A stretch of DNA of 37,546 nucleotides, taken from the NCBI GenBank assembly GCA_964564905.1, contig CAZMCI010000004.1, positions 1-37,546 of the forward strand. The letters run 5' to 3'. Below, piece after piece: positions 33,440 through 37,546 of this stretch. Under the pieces are notes generated by a model. That model saw only the letters and a list, made by a program, of their open reading frames with translations, was not told the DNA's origin and did no database searches. Within the stretch, counting starts at the first letter, position 1. Each line of letters opens with the position of its first letter. Made by a program: the position numbers and the translations under genes. This DNA is from Candidatus Hadarchaeota archaeon. Its GTDB lineage: Archaea > Hadarchaeota > Hadarchaeia > Hadarchaeales > Hadarchaeaceae.

Positions 33440-34819
33440 ATGGTTCACCAATACATTCCGAACGTATCCAAAATTCGAAGGCAAATGATGGACGAGGTTG
33501 GAATAAAAGATATTGAAGAACTTTTCGCTGATGTTCCCCAAGAGATAAAATTAGATCGAGAACTTCGTCTGCCACCACCCATGTCGGAGCCTGAGGTCAG
33601 GCGACATCTTTCGTCCATCTTATCGAAGAATAAACCGTTTACACGTATGCCAATGTTTTTGGGTGGAGGTGTATGGCCTCATCACGTACCTTCTCATGTT
33701 CGTTCAGTGATCCATCGTTCAGAGTTTTTGACCTCCTACACGCCCTATCAAGCGGAGGTAAGCCAAGGAGTACTTCAGGCGCTGTTCGAGTTTCAGAGCA
33801 TGATCTGCGAGCTCGTGGGTCTTGATGTTGCAAATGCTTCGATGTATGACTGGGCAACAGCGCTTGGAGAGGCTGCTCTCATGTGTGCTCGTGTTACGGG
33901 CAGACGGAAGTTCATCGTTCCGGAGATAATTTCACGGGATCGTCTTTCCGTACTGCAGAATTATACGTCGGGCGCACACCTGCGGATAGTCAAAATTGAA
34001 CCCGAAAAAGATACGGGACAGCTTAACCTGAAAAAACTTCGCCGAGAAGTCGATGAAGACACCGCTGGAGTTTATATAGAAAATCCAAGTTACTTGGGAT
34101 TTTTGGAGACCCGTGTTGATGAAATAGCAGAGATAGCACACAAGGTCGGAGCTAGGTTCGTCGTTGGAGTAAATCCGATTTCACTGGGAATAGTCAAAGC
34201 GCCTGGGGACTACGGAGCCGATATCGTCGTTGGGGAGGGGCAACCACTGGGCAATCCAGTAAACTTTGGTGGGCCTGCTTTGGGGATATTTGCATGTCGC
34301 GATGATGAAAAGCTGATACGGCAGCTTCCGGGGAGGATTGTTGGAATGACCACGACGAGAGACGGAGAAACTTGGGGATATACAATGGTCCTGCAGACGC
34401 GGGAACAGCACATTCGTCGTGAACGGGCTACATCTAATATTTGCTCAAACGAGGCGCTCTGCGCAGTGGCCGCAGCGATCTATCTAGCTTCACTCGGACC
34501 CACGGGATTTCGAGATCTAGCGGAAACATGTGCAGCTAACGCCAAGTATGCAATGGATGGACTGAATCGGATCGATGGATTGGAAGCGCCCGTGTTCGAC
34601 TCGCCTCACTTTAATGAATTCACCCTGAGATGTGAGAGACCTGGGCTTTCGATAGAAAAGTTCAACAGAGAACTCCTAAAACACGGGGTTCATGGAGGAA
34701 AAACGTTAAAAAAAGAGTTTCCCGAGCTAGGAGAGACATCTCTTTTGTGCGTGACCGAGATTCACACAAAGGAAGATATCGATCTTTTGGTGGAGGCAGC
34801 ATCCCGAATCGTGAAGTGA
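33440..34819 (+). CDS. gcvPA: Glycine dehydrogenase (decarboxylating) subunit 1
   Basis: 459 aa. [21 protein letters not shown] and [20 protein letters not shown] are GcvPA signatures. Confidence 0.93.
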   Translation: MVHQYIPNVSKIRRQMMDEVGIKDIEELFADVPQEIKLDRELRLPPPMSEPEVRRHLSSILSKNKPFTRMPMFLGGGVWPHHVPSHVRSVIHRSEFLTSYTPYQAEVSQGVLQALFEFQSMICELVGLDVANASMYDWATALGEAALMCARVTGRRKFIVPEIISRDRLSVLQNYTSGAHLRIVKIEPEKDTGQLNLKKLRREVDEDTAGVYIENPSYLGFLETRVDEIAEIAHKVGARFVVGVNPISLGIVKAPGDYGADIVVGEGQPLGNPVNFGGPALGIFACRDDEKLIRQLPGRIVGMTTTRDGETWGYTMVLQTREQHIRRERATSNICSNEALCAVAAAIYLASLGPTGFRDLAETCAANAKYAMDGLNRIDGLEAPVFDSPHFNEFTLRCERPGLSIEKFNRELLKHGVHGGKTLKKEFPELGETSLLCVTEIHTKEDIDLLVEAASRIVK

Positions 34820-36327
34820 TGAATATGAGTTATCACCAGGCCAGATGGGCTCGCGGCGACCGTTTGGAACCTCTTGTGTTCGAGCTTTCCAGCAAAGATC
34901 GCAAAGGAATTCGTTTACCACAGAAACTTCCTGCAAGGCCGGAGATTCCCGATAAACTTATCCGCGATTCGTTGGAGTTGCCGGAGTTGTCCGAGCCGGA
35001 GGTGGTAAGACATTATACTAGGTTATCTCAGATGAACTACGGCGTCGATCTCGTTTTTTACCCGATAGGCTCGTGCACCATGAAGTACAACCCAAAGATA
35101 TGTGATGAACTCGCGGCTTCGGAGGAGGCGGTCTTTATCCATCCAGATCAAGATGAGGACACAGTTCAAGGTGCCCTTGAACTAATGTACCGTTTGGAGC
35201 ATTTCTTATCTGAAATAGGTGGAGTTTCTCGCGTATGTCTTCATCCATCTGCCGGGGCACATGGTGAGCTGCTCGGCATGTTGTTGACGCGCGCGTATCA
35301 CAGCTCTAGGGGGGAGGAGCGCTCGGATGTGATAATCCCGGACTCGGCCCACGGCACGAACTTCGCGAGCGGTGCCATGGCTGGCTTTCACGTCGTCGTA
35401 ATTCCCTCCAATAACCGCGGGAGGGTGGACCTGGAAGCACTAAAAGCAGCAGTTTCCGACCGGACTGCCGCTTTGATGCTCACGAACCCCAACACGCTGG
35501 GGCTGTTTGAGGACGAAATACTGGAGATCGCGGAGGTCGTCCATGAGGCCGGAGGACTTCTCTACTACGATGGCGCGAACATGAACGGCATCCTGGGAAA
35601 GGTCAGACCGGGCGATATGGGGTTCGATATAGTACACTTCAACCTGCACAAAACATTTTCAACCCCCCACGGCGGCGGAGGCCCAGGAGCCGGTCCAGTT
35701 GGCGTCGTTCAGAAATTGGAGAAATTTCTGCCGGTACCTACCGTGGAATACGACAGAAAAAGGAGACGTTATTATCTCGATTACGATCGCCCTGAATCAA
35801 TAGGAAAGATAAGGTCATTTTACGGAAATTTTGGCGTGCTTGTCAAGGCCTACGTGTATATAATGATGATGGGGCCGGCCGGGCTCAGGGAGGTTGGAGA
35901 GACCGCAGTTTTAAACGCGAATTACGTGATGCGTAAAATGGCTGATGTTCGTGGATTTGAAGTAAAATTTAACGGTCCATGTAAACACGAGGTCGTATTC
36001 AGCGCTGAACCCCTGAAACGTGAGACAGGTGTGACGGCACGGGATGTAGCAAAACGTTTGTTGGATTACGGGATGCATGCGCCAACTTATTATTTTCCAC
36101 CGATCGTCCCCGAGGCGCTGATGGTGGAGCCCACAGAGACCGAGACAAAAGAAGAGCTCGATAGATTTGTACTGGCCATGAGGGCGATAGCCGAGGAGGC
36201 ACGTTCTGACCCTGAAAAATTGCGAAGGGCTCCAACGAGGACCGCGATTGAAAGATTGGATGAGGTCAAGGCGTCACGGGAACCTATTTTGAGCTGGCGG
36301 ATGTACAAAAACCGGGCGAAGTTATGA
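34819..36327 (+). CDS. gcvPB: Glycine dehydrogenase (decarboxylating) subunit 2
   Basis: PLP-lysine context [16 protein letters not shown]. Start ATG overlaps the gcvPA stop (TGATG). The ORF track extends it spuriously to 34747. Confidence 0.93.
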   Translation: MNMSYHQARWARGDRLEPLVFELSSKDRKGIRLPQKLPARPEIPDKLIRDSLELPELSEPEVVRHYTRLSQMNYGVDLVFYPIGSCTMKYNPKICDELAASEEAVFIHPDQDEDTVQGALELMYRLEHFLSEIGGVSRVCLHPSAGAHGELLGMLLTRAYHSSRGEERSDVIIPDSAHGTNFASGAMAGFHVVVIPSNNRGRVDLEALKAAVSDRTAALMLTNPNTLGLFEDEILEIAEVVHEAGGLLYYDGANMNGILGKVRPGDMGFDIVHFNLHKTFSTPHGGGGPGAGPVGVVQKLEKFLPVPTVEYDRKRRRYYLDYDRPESIGKIRSFYGNFGVLVKAYVYIMMMGPAGLREVGETAVLNANYVMRKMADVRGFEVKFNGPCKHEVVFSAEPLKRETGVTARDVAKRLLDYGMHAPTYYFPPIVPEALMVEPTETETKEELDRFVLAMRAIAEEARSDPEKLRRAPTRTAIERLDEVKASREPILSWRMYKNRAKL

Positions 36328-37433
36328 AGAAGTTGGGTCTGATCGTCAACCCCATAGCGGGCATGGGGGGGCGCGTGGGGTTGAAGGGAACAGATGGACG
36401 AGATGTCCTCCGTAGGGCAATAATGCTCGGTGCTAGACCAGTGGCTCCGGATAGGGCCATAGCAGCTTTAAAAAACTTGGCTCAAGTCAAAAACTTGGTT
36501 CGGATTGTGACTTGCTCTCACGAAATGGGTGAGGATGAGGCGAGGATGTGTGGTTTTGACCCACAAGTTATACATCATGTGAGGTCCGGAGAGACAACCG
36601 CCGCGGATACGAAAGAAGCTGCGTACAAGATGAAGCGAGATGGTGTGGATCTGATTCTTTTCGTGGGAGGTGATGGGACTGCTAGGGACATATACGAAGT
36701 GGTTGGAGGAGACGTGCCTATCCTTGGCGCTCCAGCCGGGGTAAAAGTTTATTCGGCTACATTCGCGAACACACCTGAGCTGGCAGGTATTGTAGCGGCC
36801 CGTTTTTTGACGGAGGGACTTCCAGTACGAGAAGCCGAGGTGATGGATATAGATGAGGAAGCCTTTCGAAAAAATCAGTTGATGTCGGAGCTCAAGGGAT
36901 ATGCAAAAGTCCCGTACGAGCCTGTGATGATGCAGGCGGCCAAGGAGAGCAGCACCGGATTTGATCTGGCGGACCAGAAGGCAATAGCACGGTGGATGGT
37001 CGATCTCATGGAACGTGGACGTATGTATATCCTGGGACCCGGCACGACTACACGTGCTGTGGCGGAAGAACTTGGTATCTACAATTCTTCCCTACTGGGT
37101 GTGGATTTGATCATGGATCACAAGCTTGTTGCACGCGATGTCGATGAATGCCAAATTTTAAAGGAAATTGAAAATATTCCAGCCGCCATAATAGTCAGCC
37201 CGATAGGCAAACAGGGCTTCATTTTCGGTAGGGGGAACCAGCAAATAAGCGCACGCGTCATCAGGAAGGTCGGAAAGAAAAATATCGTGGTGGTGGCAAC
37301 ACCACACAAACTTTCCACGATTTCCACTTTGAAGGTAGACACAGGAGACCCTGAGTTGGACGAGGAGCTTCAGGGGTATATTCCAGTCGTGGTAGGTTAC
37401 CTCCAGACCAAGATGGTCAAAGTTACCAACTAA
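36324..37433 (+). CDS. ATP-NAD kinase-like family protein (COG3199 / AcoX-like)
   Basis: [11 protein letters not shown] and VGGDGTARD (the NAD-kinase/DAG-kinase GGDGT motif). 369 aa. ATGA overlap with gcvPB. Confidence 0.7.
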   Translation: MKKLGLIVNPIAGMGGRVGLKGTDGRDVLRRAIMLGARPVAPDRAIAALKNLAQVKNLVRIVTCSHEMGEDEARMCGFDPQVIHHVRSGETTAADTKEAAYKMKRDGVDLILFVGGDGTARDIYEVVGGDVPILGAPAGVKVYSATFANTPELAGIVAARFLTEGLPVREAEVMDIDEEAFRKNQLMSELKGYAKVPYEPVMMQAAKESSTGFDLADQKAIARWMVDLMERGRMYILGPGTTTRAVAEELGIYNSSLLGVDLIMDHKLVARDVDECQILKEIENIPAAIIVSPIGKQGFIFGRGNQQISARVIRKVGKKNIVVVATPHKLSTISTLKVDTGDPELDEELQGYIPVVVGYLQTKMVKVTN

Positions 37434-37437
37434 CTAT

Positions 37438-37455
37438 CACCCAATAAATTGGGTG
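37438..37455 (+). terminator. Hairpin just after the last gene (weak terminator candidate)
   Basis: CACCCAAT-AA-ATTGGGTG starts 5 nt after the stop codon. No T-run follows it. Confidence 0.25.
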
Positions 37456-37524
37456 GCTTCTCCATGAGGTGAACCGAAGTGGTTGGAAAAACTCCACTGA
37501 CCTCAAAGCGGTTGACACGCTCCG

Positions 37525-37546
37525 CGCCAAGAGCCGGCTCTTGGCG
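37525..37546. repeat. 22-bp perfect palindrome at the window edge
   Basis: CGCCAAGAGCCGGCTCTTGGCG. Truncated context. Confidence 0.4.

Noticed and set aside
37456-37512. Possible C/D-box sRNA (AUGAGGUGA ... CUGA)
   Set aside because: The C box deviates from RUGAUGA, there are no C'/D' boxes and no terminal stem.

Overview
This is an archaeal chromosomal window. It encodes PolD DP1/DP2, Orc1/Cdc6, MCM, a GINS-like protein, archaeal ApgM, Ogg2-type glycosylase and split LplA/LplB. Coding GC is about 50% and the spacers are very AT-rich.

Layout:
- 1-1142: an ORF-free GC-rich structured region, a hicB-hicA cassette and tRNA-Ser(CGA).
- 1143-12317 (minus): one contiguous replisome cluster, mcm (with a 522-aa intein)-GINS-like-orc1/cdc6-DP1-HAD phosphatase-DP2. 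A 460-bp AT-rich spacer carrying ORB-like repeats lies upstream.
- 12778-18777 (minus): glyA-thrC-hom-ACT, apgM and an Hsp20-like gene.
- 18.8-22.9 kb: accessory-looking. It holds a tiny Cys-rich ORF, a promoter-to-oligo-T ~288-nt RNA candidate, a SplB-like radical SAM, ogg, a Zn-ribbon, a PriS-like protein with substituted catalytic motifs, a second AT-rich spacer with a near-consensus ORB box, and a free-standing LAGLIDADG ORF.
- 22988-25825: tyrS, minD-like, a small membrane protein and a macro domain protein.
- 25854-37433: a lipoate/glycine-cleavage island. It holds lplB-lplA, two distinct radical-SAM genes that look like the LipS1/LipS2 two-component lipoyl synthase, gcvH-gcvPA-gcvPB and an AcoX/NAD-kinase-like gene. 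A membrane clan-CD peptidase-like gene, a secreted GH9 glycosidase and a 370-nt GC-rich non-coding block interrupt it.

I saw no rRNA, CRISPR array or transposase. All homology calls rest on motif recognition by eye; no searches were run.
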